Source of the DNA: Octopus sinensis
Taxonomy: Eukaryota
Assembly (NCBI RefSeq): GCF_006345805.1
Contig: NC_043009.1
Coordinates: forward strand, 55,924,001 to 55,988,000
Direction of reading: 5' to 3'
Length of the DNA: 64,000 nt
Below the pieces are notes generated by a model that did not search any database, was not told the DNA's origin, and was given only the letters and a program-made list of their open reading frames with translations. Below, in pieces: positions 1 through 13,578 of this stretch (within the stretch, counting starts at the first letter, position 1; every line of letters starts with the position of its first letter). Both the position numbers and the translations under genes were made by a program.

Positions 1-225
1 TTCATATATAATGAGTTGATCGATCATGCCATCAGTTTTGATGATTTCAGGCTGGCTTTCAAACGATTGTTTTCTAGTGTATTAGCACTTGGTATGCATC
101 CATATTTGATGTGCAATTCGGTTTTTCTCAAATTGCATGCAGTGCTTAACAAGCAGAGACCTCTATTTAATTTTATTGACTGTAAGATGCTATCCGTTTT
201 TAATGTTAATATACAACTACTTAAA

Positions 226-419
226 GGCAGCGAGCTGGCAGAAACGTTAGCACGCTGGGCGAAATTCTTAGCGGTATTTCGTCTGTCTTTATGTTCTGAG
301 TTCAAATTTCGCCGAGGTCGGCTTTGCCTTTCGTCCTTTCGGGGTCGATAAATTAAGTACCAGTTGCGTCCTAAGGTCGATCTAAGTGACTGGCCCCTCC
401 CCCAAAATTTCAGGCCTTG

Positions 420-437
<18 letters not shown>
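226..437 (+). mobile_element. tRNA-derived SINE, family 1 (GGCGGCGAGCTGGCAGAA head)
   Basis: A-box and B-box (GAGTTCAAATT) head. More than 15 related copies occur in the window. It resembles Octopus OR-type SINEs, from memory and unverified. Confidence 0.85.
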
Positions 438-1300
<863 letters not shown>

Positions 1301-1307
1301 TTTTTAA

Positions 1308-1576
1308 AGGTGTAAACATTTTTTCACGCTAAGAGTTGCTGAAGCATGGAACAAACTGCCGGCATCAGTTGTTAGTTGTCGGAGCACTCCATCCTTCAAA
1401 ATTTCCATGCTTCTTGAGATTCGCCAAAACTGCACCTGATTTTCTCCCTCCATACACACGCAAGCATGTGTCTGACTCATACACTCTTCACTTCCCAGAC
1501 ATTTGTACATTACTGCATATGCTTTATACGCACTTTTGACATATTGTGGTGCAGCTGAGCACTGTATACAATAATT

Positions 1577-1644
<68 letters not shown>

Positions 1645-1645
1645 G
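1308..1645 (+). mobile_element. CR1/L2-type LINE 3' end with (ATT)n tail
   Basis: Encodes HFFTLRVAEAWNKLPASVVSCRSTPSFK, the typical CR1 ORF2 C-terminus, followed by a 3' UTR and an ATT tail. Confidence 0.75.
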
Positions 1646-2526
1646 TTCAGTAGTTTTATTTTTATAGCGTGCTTTCACTTCACTACCGAGCGCAGCTCTG
1701 TGTGCCTTGGGTATGTGCTGTGATTTGTTGTGATGCTCTGATGGTTATTGTATGGAAAGTGTTCTGCGTAGGATGTGTGCAGTACCTAGTAGTGCAATTT
1801 TCTGTATGTTATATGTGTTTGTAAGTCCTGGTGTTTTTGTTATGTATTTGTCTGGATATTTTTTTATCATGCCTAATGCACCTACTATGATAGGAATTGT
1901 TTCTGTTTTCAGATTCCACATTCTGGTTACCTCTATTTCAAGGTCTTTGTATTTTGAGAGTTTCTCCATTTCTTTTAGAGACACGTTGTCATCTGCCGGT
2001 ATTGATACATCAATTGGAAAGCATTTTTTTCTTCATGATCTCTGACAACTATATCTGGTCTGTTGGCCTTAATTTCTCTATCTGTGTGTATCGGCATATC
2101 CCAGAGTATGGTTGCTTTCTCGTTTTCTGTGACCTTTTCTGATGTGTGCCTATACCATCTTTTTTCTGTTGTTATTCCATAATGTTGGCATAGCTTCCAA
2201 TGTATGTAGGTTCCAACTCTGTCATGTCTGTGAATATATTCCTTCTTAGCCAGGACTGGGCAGCTAGAGATAATATGATTTATTGTTTCTTGTCCATCTC
2301 CACATATTCTGCAGTTACTTGTTATATTTCTTTTCATTACATGTTTTTGGTAATTTCTGGTGGGGAGGCTTTGGTCTTGTGCTGCAATTAAAAATCCCTA
2401 TGTTTCTGCTTTGAGTCCTGAGCTTCTCAACCATTGCTGGGATTTTTCTTTGTCTATTTCTTTTGCGTTTAGTTTAGTGCAGTATTTACCATGAAGGGGC
2501 TTTTCTTGCCATCGTTTTATCATGGT
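1646..2526 (-). mobile_element. 5'-truncated R4/Dong-type non-LTR retrotransposon (CCHC zinc knuckle plus restriction-like endonuclease)
   Basis: ORFs 1975..2337 and 1745..1984 contain CRICG..ETINHIISSC, RHD, RPDIVV and KLSKYKDL. Both ends are flanked by (TAA)n. Confidence 0.88.
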
Positions 2527-2922
2527 TCGTTATTATTATTATTATTATTATGATAGTATCTGCTGATTTAAAAGGCTACTATAATTCTACTGCAATGCAA
2601 TTCTTCCGTTATTTAACATTCTCTAAAAATGTATAAACTTTCAGAAGCTACCAATATTTTCTGTGCTATTTTAAGACTTGTTGTTGTGCTTCGTTTAATT
2701 ATTAGAATGTATTCATTCTTCAGTGAATGGCTCCTTTAAAGATAATTGGAGTCCAGCATTGGAAACTTCACAGAGAAAAATTTCTTGGAAATTACTTATA
2801 TCTGCTAATGACTTGTTAAACTATGCAAATATTGACTTAATCTCCCTTTAATTATATTTCTACAATCTCTCCGCTTCCAAACACGCTCGCAACCACACAC
2901 TCTCACACACACACTCTCTCTT

Positions 2923-2960
<38 letters not shown>

Positions 2961-3097
2961 TCACGAACACACACACGATTGTCAATAATTGAGTAAGAAG
3001 ACAGAATCATAGAGATCAGAACTACGCCAACAAAGTTATCAATATCTTTATCGAAGGTAAACAAGCAACATAAAATCTTTATTAATGATATACTTAC

Positions 3098-3350
3098 CGA
3101 TATCAGTAACCACGCCAGTAGCAGTAATTGTTTCAGGTTTCTGTTTAAATATGAAGTTTGCAAGCCATATTAAGTATACACCAATATCTATGAGACCGCT
3201 CCTGTGCAAGGAAGCCTCTGGCACAGCACCATTTGAAAGCATTATTTTATAAAACATAGTCGCATCTAAGTGGCGTATTTTTCCTATGGTTCCAGAGTCA
3301 ATTATTTCTCTAATGGCTTTGTAAACTGGGAAGAATTTGGTCCACATACC
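3098..3350 (-). CDS. DHDH: DHDH-like copy A, coding exon 4 (GMWTKFFPVY...SGLIDIGVY...KPETITATGVVTDI). Exons 5-7 are not found in the window.
   Basis: TTTCAG acceptor, G|GTAAGT donor, 253 bp. Lies inside ORF 3048..3374. Matches AIWTRFFP...GALLDIGIY...QKPEKIS. Confidence 0.92.
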
Positions 3351-3404
3351 CTGAAAGAAAAACATTTGTGACAAAAAGAAAAAAAAAAGATAAATAATAC
3401 TGAT

Positions 3405-3613
3405 TTCAAGATTTGGTACAAGGCCAGCAATTTCGGGGTAGGAGATAAGTCGATTACATCGATCCCAGTACTCAACTGGAACTTATGTTATTGGCCCCGG
3501 AACGATGAAAGGCAAAGTCGACCTCGGCAGAATTTGAACTTAGAACGTAAGGTCGGACGAAATGCTGCGAGGCATTTCGACCGGCGTGCTTCCGATTCTG
3601 CCAGCTCGCTGCC
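3405..3613 (-). mobile_element. SINE family 1
   Basis: Reverse complement of the family 1 consensus. Confidence 0.85.
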
Positions 3614-4076
3614 TTATAACAAAGAAATAATATCAAAACAGGAAATAAAATTGAGAAGAGATGGGAATGAAATAGTTATAAAAAGTTAAGAAGAACGACA
3701 TTATAAGTATATATTTTAGTCACTTTCCTTTAGGTTATTCTGTGTCATGATTTTCAATATTTTACCATTATCTTCCGTACCTTTGTATCTATTAAATCCA
3801 CTGTACAAACTTTCTTTCACTTATCAATGTTTTTTCTAATAAAATACTAAATATATTAATCTAATTCAGCTCATAGCACGAAGAGTAATTTCATTAGTCC
3901 CTTTATTTATTACTTAAGATCCAATTCAGAGTATCACAACTCTACTAAGTCTGAACAGTGATCCTTTAAATATATTTTGTTTTCATTGTTTACATACTCA
4001 TTCTTATTCTCTACTGCTATCCTTTCTGCACCGATATTTGTAAAATACTAAGGACAATCTTAGCCCCGCTGCGTAA

Positions 4077-4296
4077 GGCGGCGAGTTGGCAGAATCGTTA
4101 GCACGCCGGATAAAATATTTAATGGCTTTTAACCATCCTTTACGTTCTGAGTTCAAATTTCGCCGAGGTCAACTTTACCTTTCATCTTTCGGGATCGATA
4201 AATTAAGCACGAAGTACCAGTCAAACCCTGGGGTTCGATGTAATCGACTAGCCCCATACTCCAAAGTTTCAAACCTTGTGCATATTGTAGAAAAGA
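4077..4296 (+). mobile_element. SINE family 1
   Basis: Family 1 head and body. Confidence 0.85.
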
Positions 4297-4975
4297 ATAT
4301 TATCCACTCTGTGTAGTTATCTTTCATATCACTTTCCACTCAATGTCCAACTCTCTCTATAAACAAATGTTAGAACATACATCTCATTTTCTTCTTTGGT
4401 GTAGAGCTCAGCTCCAAACATCAGAATTTATTTCGCCACTCAATATGACGATATACCAACATACCAAATAAAGAGCCTTTATGTAAAGGGTTCTCAACCC
4501 CCCAAAAATGCATTTTAGAGTTCCAAGGGAAGAAGGTGAATTGGGACAGATATTGGCTTCACATGTTGGCACAAGGCCAGTAATATCGTGGAGGGGGTCA
4601 AGTCAATTACATCGACCCCAGTACTCAACTGGTACTTATTTTATCGACCCCAAAAGGATGAAAGATAATTTCATCTGAATTCTGAATTTGAATTCAGAAC
4701 GTAAGAAATGCTACTTCGCATGTTGCGCTAATTATTGTACCAATTCGCCTTGGACTAATATTCAGTAAAGAATAGTATCCTATAGATAACCTATCTTTTT
4801 AAGAAACAGAAATAACATCTGATGAGGAAATCTTGATAACAACATCTCTGAAAAAAAAAGCCAGATTTTTCCCGGCGGGACAGATTTTGACCAAGGATCA
4901 TCTTGATTAGTGATGATGTAGAGTTAAAGAACATTAGACGACCAAAATACTTTATTTCAATATTAAAAGTCATAC

Positions 4976-5139
4976 CTCCATGAAAAATAATTTCTTTGAC
5001 TTTGCGAGTTCAATCATTTCTTCTGTCTGCTGAGTGTTATTAGCACAAGTTTGCTCACACAGAACAGGTTTGCCATTGTTAAGCATGAGAATGGAAAGAG
5101 GATGATGGTAAAAATTGATTGCTGAAACGTACACCAGAT
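4976..5139 (-). CDS. DHDH: DHDH-like copy A, coding exon 3 (DLVYVSAINFYHHPLSILMLNNGKPVLCEQTCANNTQQTEEMIELAKSKKLFFME)
   Basis: CACAG acceptor, GAG|GTATG donor, 164 bp, phase 1/0. Homologous to the GKAVLCEKP...LFLME region of DHDH. Confidence 0.92.
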
Positions 5140-5462
5140 CTGTGAGAGAGATGGAATAAAAAGAATATCTTTTAGCTAAATGATTTATTTATCTAATTCA
5201 AATCTAATAAACAGTGGTAGCTGCTTCATTTGTTGACCAGGTCTGCACTGTGGATGCATATATGCATGTCTTTGCTTGCAGAGCTCTGCAGAAACAGAGT
5301 CACTTTGTTATCACGAAATCGTGAGTTCTATCTTACTGCACAACACCTTGGGCGGGTTGGTAAAAGTTTTATGAGTGAAATTTGTGGATGAAAACTGTAT
5401 GGAAGCCTGACATGTATATAGTGTGTGTATATGTGAATGAGTGTGTTTGTGTGTGTGTTCGT

Positions 5463-5517
<55 letters not shown>

Positions 5518-5732
5518 GGAGAAAGAGTGGGAAAGAGTAATAGAGAGAGTGTATATGTGTTTACCTTCTTCGTTTTACAAGAAAATCATTGAAACTAAGA
5601 CGTTAATGTTTGTTGACATTCCTTCTCAATAAAATCATTCGCAAGTCTAGTACTTTCATCTTTGTTTAAAAGGAAAATATTAGTTAGAAAGTAAACAAAA
5701 TAAAATACAAAATTTATTATCAGATTTAGTAC

Positions 5733-5844
5733 CTATGTTGGGATCTTTAGCAAATTCTTCGTAGCTGTCATACACATTCGGTATCTTAAACTTCTCTGCA
5801 AATTTCTTAGCCTTCTCTAAAGATTTGGATACCACCGCAGTTAT
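5733..5844 (-). CDS. DHDH: DHDH-like copy A, coding exon 2 (ITAVVSKSLEKAKKFAEKFKIPNVYDSYEEFAKDPNI)
   Basis: TTCAG acceptor, G|GTACT donor, 112 bp, phase 0/1. Matches DHDH [25 protein letters not shown]. Too short for the ORF track. Confidence 0.92.
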
Positions 5845-6199
5845 CTGAATAAAAACAGTAAAATAATTGTAATGTAAAACTGTTTTTTGAGGGGTGCAGG
5901 AATCAATGGATTGTCGTTAATGTATAGAAATAAGGATTTATAAATCTACTGATATAATATTATTAATAACAGTTGAAAACTTTGGCACAAGGCCAGTAAT
6001 TTTAGCGAGGGTGTGGATAGGTTTGTTATGTCGACCCCAGTGCGCAAGTTATGATAATGATGATGATGATGATGATGATGATGATGGTGGTGATAATCAT
6101 TATTATTATTATTATTATTATTTCGATTTTTTGCCACAAGGGCAGCTTAGGGGAGGTGAGGGTGAGTCGATTACATCAATCACCAATGTTCAAGTGGTA

Positions 6200-7680
6200 C
6201 AGTGATCCCTCGCTACTTCGTGGTTCAACTATCGCGGATTCCCTACATCACGGATTTTTAAAATATATATATATATCTGAACACTTAAAATTTTTCATTA
6301 AATCCATTAAAATATTAATAATAAATATTATTTCCTAGTCTAGGAACAACAAAACAAGAGTAAAATAGCAAAAAAGCATATACAGGTGTATTTGAAATTA
6401 AGACAGCCTGTGATTGATGCAATGGAGAGATACGACGACTCACAGCTTTCTGTTTTGTAATCTGGCCTGGGATTGGTGCTTTGACCGATGCTCAGATCCG
6501 CAGCATCTTCCCTTGTCTCTCTCTCTCGCGACCATTTCGCTTCAAGCTTTTATCCTGCAAGTCAAGGTGTATCTATTAGAGAAGGGCTTGCCATTCGAAA
6601 TTCTCCTTATGGATAACGCTGGTGGCCACGCTACTGATCTGTCGCATGAGGGCATTCAGATTGAGTTCCTACCGCCCAACACTACGTAACTTATTTAACC
6701 AATGGACCAGGTAGTTATCAGGGTATTCAAGGCCCTATACACGAGGAATGTCTTGGCGAACCTGGTTGCTTCTGTGGATACCGCCCAAGAAGACGAAGAC
6801 GGAAATTTTAACTTGAAGGCATACTAAAGGCAGTATACAATTGCTACGTGCCTCCAGAATATCCAGAAGGCATGGGAAGAAATGAAGCCTGCGACCATTA
6901 ACGCGTGCTGGAAAAATTTGTGGCCCGAGTTTATTTACGACGACAAGGGATTTACACTTGCCGAAATCCAACACTCCACAGTACAGAAAGCTTTGCAGTT
7001 GGTTGCGATCATTGGAGGTGACGGCTTTGCAGACATGACCACTGGAGACATCGATACGTTATTAGACTGCCACTCCCAGCTGCTAACCGACACAGACCTC
7101 GAAGACTAGATGAAGTCGGCCAGCGAAGAAGAAGAAGAAGAAGAAGTTGTCGACCAAACTGGCTTGACTTTGGAACGGCTATCAACCTGGCTAAAGAATT
7201 GAAAGAGAGGACGACGATATGGTTCGTTCTGTGCAATTTTACAACAAAGTCGACGAAGTCAAGAATCCCTACAATATGCTCTTTGAACGGAAAAAGAAGC
7301 AGCGGCAGCAACTTCCTATCACAATGTTTTTGCAGCCTCACAAAAAAAAAGAGCCAGTTCCTGCTGCTACTACAACGGTTGCACCTTCGGAAGAAGTGGA
7401 AGAGGTGTCCCAGGAAAGGGCACCGCCGTTAGCCTCATCAACATCATTTCTACTTCGCAGCAAATTCATCACCATCATCATTCAAATTTTACTTCAACTT
7501 CTTTCGTGTTGAGTACAGTAACAATCTTTATTTTTTTAAATCTAAAGTGTTATTGCTTAACAGTTGCCCTTGTTATTAATAGACTACTGTAATGGGCGGG
7601 TTGTTAACAGTACAGGGAGGGTTTTAAAAGTCCAAATATGCGTTAAATAAATACTGTAAATATGGTTCCCGACTTCAAAC
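6200..7680 (+). mobile_element. Degenerate Tigger/pogo-type DNA transposon (DDE_1), internally deleted
   Basis: TA|CAGTGATCCCTCG terminus. Encodes LLMDNAGGH and FLPPNTT*LI*PMDQ, with many stops. Confidence 0.85.
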
Positions 7681-8211
7681 TTTCAACCTTATGTTTTGTG
7701 GTAATAAACACGAAAAATTACCGTTAAATAACCTTTATATTAGAAACTAATGCTTCTCATTTCAATTGCGCAGATATTACATAATTCTAGATACGAAAGA
7801 GAAGTCGTTCGAAGTCCCATAACTTCACGAGAAAGAAAAGAAAGAAGGGTAGATTCTTTTTGCTTCATCTATTTTTTAAAGCATTCGTCTTTTCATTCAA
7901 AAGAAATTACAATTTCGAAAAAAAAAACAAAGAACAAAAACCGAATGCCAAATCTTTTACAAGTTTGATCTTCTCCATTTGTGTTCTTTTCTGTTCAAAA
8001 TACATTATGTCTGAGGGGGTGGTAAAACAAAGCAAAACGGCAGGGTCACTGCGAGAAAGCGTTTCGTCTAAAGTCTGCTCTACCAGGCTAAATAACAGCG
8101 GTTGAAGTTTGTTGTGAATAGAATGAAATTGTAAGCGAAAGGTATCAAGTGAAAAGTACCAAGAAGCTTAAATAAATAAATTAAAAAGAAAATGGAAAAA
8201 TCATTGCTTAC

Positions 8212-8295
8212 TGTGTGTTCTGAAGGATTCAAACATTGCAAAGCATTGCAGAAGTCGTTTGCAATCAAACCTGGCGAACATATTCCCCAGCGCAT
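8212..8295 (-). CDS. DHDH: DHDH-like copy A, coding exon 1 (MRWGICSPGLIANDFCNALQCLNPSEHT)
   Basis: ATG at 8295 and phase-0 donor GTAAGC at 8211. The peptide matches the DHDH N-terminal Rossmann strand (LRWGIVSVGLISSDF...SEH). Same 84-bp length as copy B exon 1. Confidence 0.9.
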
Positions 8296-8599
8296 TGTTT
8301 CTCTGTTTGAAATATACTTGCAAAATAAACTTGTAGCTGGTGGTTGCTCTATCTATAATAAATAATTAAGTCTATTGCGAACTTCTTTTATACAGGTCGT
8401 CTACCTCATTCAATCATTATCATTATCTCCTTTTTCTGTCGTGTGCTTAAATTAGAACTCAATATTATCATTTAACTATCATAGTCCTGTTATCAGAAAT
8501 GCCGACAGTTCTGTTAAAGATAGAAATGGTACATAAAAAGAATGTTAAATATCAGCAATGGACAAAATAATGGAAACACCTTAAACATCATAATTTTAA

Positions 8600-9490
8600 A
8601 ATATCTATAAAACCGTCGAAAGCTTGTTTATCTTTATGTTTTTTGATTTATTAGTAGTGTTGCTAAATATGTTTTGCTAAAATTGCTGTTTCTTTTCAGA
8701 TATCATCAGAAAAAAAGTAATTAAAATTCATCTATCGGACATCATATAGGTCAAATTGTTGGTGCTCGTATGGCAGGCGCTAGCGTAACGAAAAACAGCC
8801 GAAATGTTTGGTATATCAAGAAGTAATGTCTCGAAAGTAATGACAGCCTTTGAGAAAGAGGGAAAAACCTCCTAGTCGAAACAAAACTCCCGGTAGAAAA
8901 CCAGAAATTTCAGGTATGGAACGTCGGACTCTTAGGCGAATTGTTAGAAAGGATCACAAACGTACAGCTCCTAAAATTACTGTCGAGATTTATGATCACT
9001 TCGAGAACACAGTTTCCACAAAAGCTGCTCGCCGGGAGTTGCACTAAGCAGGATTTCACAGGAGGGCTGCAATCAGAAAATCACTACTTTCAAAAACAAA
9101 CTTTGCAAAGGGTTTAGAGTGGAGTAAAAAATATCTACAGAATTGGTCTCTAGAGAAGTGGAAGAATGTTATTTTCACGGACGAGTCATCTTTTACCTTA
9201 TTTCCGACAACCGGCCGAGTATACGTGTAGAGACAGCCAAAAGAAGCATTTGACGTAGACTTCCTTCTTCCAGCTGCTAAACATGGAGGAGGATCTTTGA
9301 TGATCTGGTGGGCTATATCCTCGAAGTCCGCTGGCCTAATGGTCTCCCTTCATATCGAATTAATAGTCAAGATTATTTAAGCATTTTATCTGATTAAATT
9401 CATCCTACGGTTGCGGAACTGTTTCCGGAGAGAAACACAAAGTTTCATAATGATGATGCATCAATTCACACAGCTACAGTTCCGATATTT
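8600..9490 (+). mobile_element. Degenerate Tc1-like transposase gene
   Basis: Encodes GQIVGARMAGASVTKTAEMFG, VIFTDESSF and KHGGGSLMIW, with stops and frameshifts. Confidence 0.85.
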
Positions 9491-9536
9491 CGGTTGAAAA
9501 TATAATCGTCCACGTAACACACACACACACACACAC

Positions 9537-9698
<162 letters not shown>

Positions 9699-10273
9699 GT
9701 AGGTATGTACATATATGTATGTATATATGCATATATTTATATATCATTTATATTATTATATGATCGAACGCCACACATCCTTTTCCAAGTAAGTTTTATC
9801 TTAATAATTGCGATGCGCACTCTTCTCCTCTCTCTTCTATCTCTTCTCTGTCTATCTATCTCCCACTCTTGATCTTCCTCCTTTCTGTTTTTCTCTCCCA
9901 CCCTTTCCATATTCTTCACCTCTCCCCTTCACCGTTCCCTCTCTCTCTCATTCTTCCTCCTTGACTCTCTCGTCGCTGACACATGACGAAAAGCGATCTA
10001 TCTGTCTTTCTTCCTCTTACTTCGTAAAGAGAAGACGTGCTTTTACCTGTCTCTTCTCATAGCTCGTCTTTCTAGCGTTCATAATTTTTCACATCGTCTT
10101 GGCTTAACAGCCCTCACCATTTGTTTTTACTGTTTTGTTGTCAAAGTCCTGTTTTTGTTACCACTTTCACCCTCCGTAAAAAAATCACAAATTTTATTTA
10201 ATTTGCTTTGCGGGAAGGACTGTTTTAACGAAGGTGCGTATTGTCCCTACCTTCGGACCGCGGAGTACAGAGA

Positions 10274-10313
<40 letters not shown>

Positions 10314-10899
10314 CATCCACTTTTGCGTACTCATATGGATCAGACATATTTTGTACAGCCGTATGCTCTTCCGATCGCCAACCCTTACTTCTTTCCAAGT
10401 AAGGTCAAATTTCATGATGCCTAAAGATCACGTGAACGATTGAATACAAAGAACACGTCTTGCATTAAAGTGACACTCTCATACAATTGTTGCAGATGTC
10501 ATGACAACGAGAAAATAAAACAGAAAACACACACACACGCGCGCGCGCGCGCGTATAGATATATGTATATACATATGATACATTGCTTTCGCTTTCGTCT
10601 ACCATATCCACTCGTAAGTCTTTGGTCACCACCAGGCTATAGTAGACGACACATGAGGTCTCACGCTGTAGGACTGGACCAACAACCATGTGCTAGGGAA
10701 CTTCTCACCACACACACACACATACACACACGCACAAATACAATCATGCATACGGTTATTTATAGATATATCTATGCCTGTGCATGCAAATACATGTGTG
10801 TGAATGCGTTATCCATTACTTGGAAACAGGAAGAAGGGTCAGTTTCAGGAAGATCGAGCGTGGGATAACAGAATAAAAGGAAAGAAAAGAAAACGAAGG

Positions 10900-10978
<79 letters not shown>

Positions 10979-11541
10979 ACATAATTGAAACGAAAATGGA
11001 GATTTACGATTGACTTATTTTAATTTATTAACATAATATTATTATTATTATCATATAATATGAATATAAATATCATAATCCTACAATTGTTTCAATTCAG
11101 ACCCAATGATAAATTTATCAAAATTTGTGTTTATTAGGGAAATATTTGACAAAAATTAGAGATCAGTTTTTAAGATCTCAGAACAGACTGAATTAAATAT
11201 TCTTAAAAGTACACATATTTTATGACCGTTATATTAGGTTACTTTTTTTATCTTTTGCTTGTTTCAATCATTTGACAGCGGTCATGCTGGAGCACCGCCT
11301 TTGAATACATACACATATATATTTTTTCCTATCTTGTCTGTAATAGATTTGTGACTATTCGGTGGTACAGAAGTATTTTTTGACTTATATCATTAGCGAT
11401 ATAGGTACTCATGTAGTACCCTTGTGTATATATGTACATATCTAATAATGTATGTACATATTTTATTAATTTGCCTGTACGGCTGATAATTCGCTTACCA
11501 CTTGTGATGGTATTTTAATAATACCATTCCTATATTTATTT

Positions 11542-11620
<79 letters not shown>

Positions 11621-11908
11621 CACGACGGGCTTCTTTCAGTTTCCTCCTACCAAATCCACTCACAAGGCTTTGCTCGGCTCGAGGTTATAGTAGAAGACAC
11701 TTGCCCAATGTGCCACGCAGTGGGACTGAACCTGGAACCATGTGACTGGTAGCCAAGCTTCTTGCCATGCAGCCATGCTTGCTCCTATAAATTTATTTAT
11801 TTTTCATTTATTTTATACTTTTTATTATATATCTTTTTAAGTGATTGATACTCACACTTACAAAGTAGTATATTTAATTCAGCCTGTTCTAGGGTCTGAA
11901 TTGAAACA

Positions 11909-11956
<48 letters not shown>

Positions 11957-12021
11957 GGGTCTGAATTGAAGGAACTGTAGGATTATGATATTTATATTTA
12001 CATTATATTATATTGTATTAT

Positions 12022-12072
<51 letters not shown>

Positions 12073-12289
12073 TAATATTTTTTAATAAATTAGAATATGT
12101 CAATCGTAAAGCTCCATTTTCTTTTCATTTTTGTATATTGAATATATACCGGTTTGAACTGTGGAAAGGTTTTTCTCTGCTATATTGGGTATTAAACTGC
12201 CAAAACAGAAATATTGTATGTTTCCATCCCTATAGAGGAGGCTGTTTTCCTTGTATTGGATTTTTATTTTTCGTGAGTATATATATATA

Positions 12290-12448
12290 TCACTTAACTT
12301 CTCGTTCGCGGGTGATTTTTACCAGCATTTCCCGGGACTGGCCATGGGAACGAGAATGGGCCCAAACTATGCGAACCTGTTCGTTGGCTACGTTGAGGCC
12401 CAAATATTCTCAAGTTTCACTGGTCTCACTCCTGAACTATACGGTCCG
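12290..12448 (+). mobile_element. Penelope-like element reverse transcriptase fragment
   Basis: Encodes NFSFAGDFYQHFPGLAMGTRMGPNYANLFVGYVE...PELYG (the PLE RT motif upstream of YIDD), truncated before YIDD. Flanking inverted copies lie at ~10990-11105 and ~11955-12125. Confidence 0.85.
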
Positions 12449-13180
12449 ATTGGTTATACGTGGCAAATTGGCGCCACAGAGTAAGAGACAAATTACGCCA
12501 ATATTAACCAATCAGAGTAGTGGAGATAGCGGGCTCCAGATAGTGTCCAAATGCTAGCTGTTACCTGCTACGTTCAATTGCACGCATATATAATAATGGG
12601 AGAGAGGATTTTCATCTGTGTCTACGCTACAAATCATAAGGAAGTGTAGGGTTTCGGCTTACGATTCTTTTTATTCTTTTTTATTCTTTTTTATTTGTTT
12701 CAGTCATTTGATTGCAGCCAAGCTGGAGCACCGCTTTCTTAATGAAAATTAATAATCATTCTTTTTAAATTACTATTTTAAAACTTTCTATTTCGAAACA
12801 AGTCTTTTGCTGTTATTTCATAAGGTTCAGTGCTTTAAACACAGGACGATACGGTGCCTGAATTTCTAAATACCTTAGATTATAAAAGCCTTCCATCGAG
12901 CACCACTCCGTTTGTTCCTGCCATAACAATAGTTTCGTGCTTTCTATAAATTAGCTTTCGCCATAAGTCTGCTCTGTTTGAGCTGACCAAAAGATAGCAA
13001 CGGCGATTGAAGTTTATAGCTGTAAATAATTAAGGAATTGCAAGAAGTGTCGGTTTATGAAATTAAAAATGAATAAAATATGTAAGTAAGACTATAAAAT
13101 ATGTAAATATGACTATAAAATATGTAAATATGACTATAAAAATTATTTAGTCTTCTGAAGAATTCAGACCTTGCAAAGCA

Positions 13181-13578
13181 TTACTCTTTTACTTGTTTCA
13201 GTCATTTGACTGCGGCCATGCTGGAGCACCGTCTTTAGTCGAACAGATCGACCCCAGGACTTATTCTTTCTAAGCCTAGTACTTATTCTATCGCTCTCTT
13301 TCGCCGAACTGCTAATGTTACGGGGATGTAAACACACCAGCATCGCTTACAAACACACAAACATACACAGACACATGCACACACACACACACACATATAT
13401 ATATATACATACATACGACAGGCTTCTTTCAGTTTCCGTCTACCAAATCCACTCACAAGGCTTTGTTCGGCCCAAGGCTATATTAGAAGACACTTGCCCA
13501 AGGTACCACGCAGTGGGACTGAACCCGGTAGCGTGTGGTTGGTAAGCAAGCTACTTACCACACAGCCACACCTGTGCC
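13181..13578 (-). mobile_element. tRNA-derived SINE, family 2 (GGCGCAGGAGTGGCTGTGTGG head, internal microsatellite, AGTAAAAG tail)
   Basis: Full-length copy. Related copies or fragments lie at ~11620-11790, 37520-37750, 38320-38580, 44780-44910 and 55245-55390. Confidence 0.88.

Noticed and set aside
16-351. ORFs containing SEFKFRRGR or TTDAGVFTSP (also 4086, 19225, 26759, 38297, 54494, 59688, 60674)
   Set aside because: They are open frames through SINE consensus sequence.
8385-8392. TATAAAAG ~90 bp upstream of the copy A ATG
   Set aside because: There is no Inr at the right spacing, and it is not conserved in B or C.
13080-13145. Three 21-bp tandem units resembling a short repeat array
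   Set aside because: It is a simple head-to-tail minisatellite with no spacers. No CRISPR array or prokaryotic feature is present in the window.
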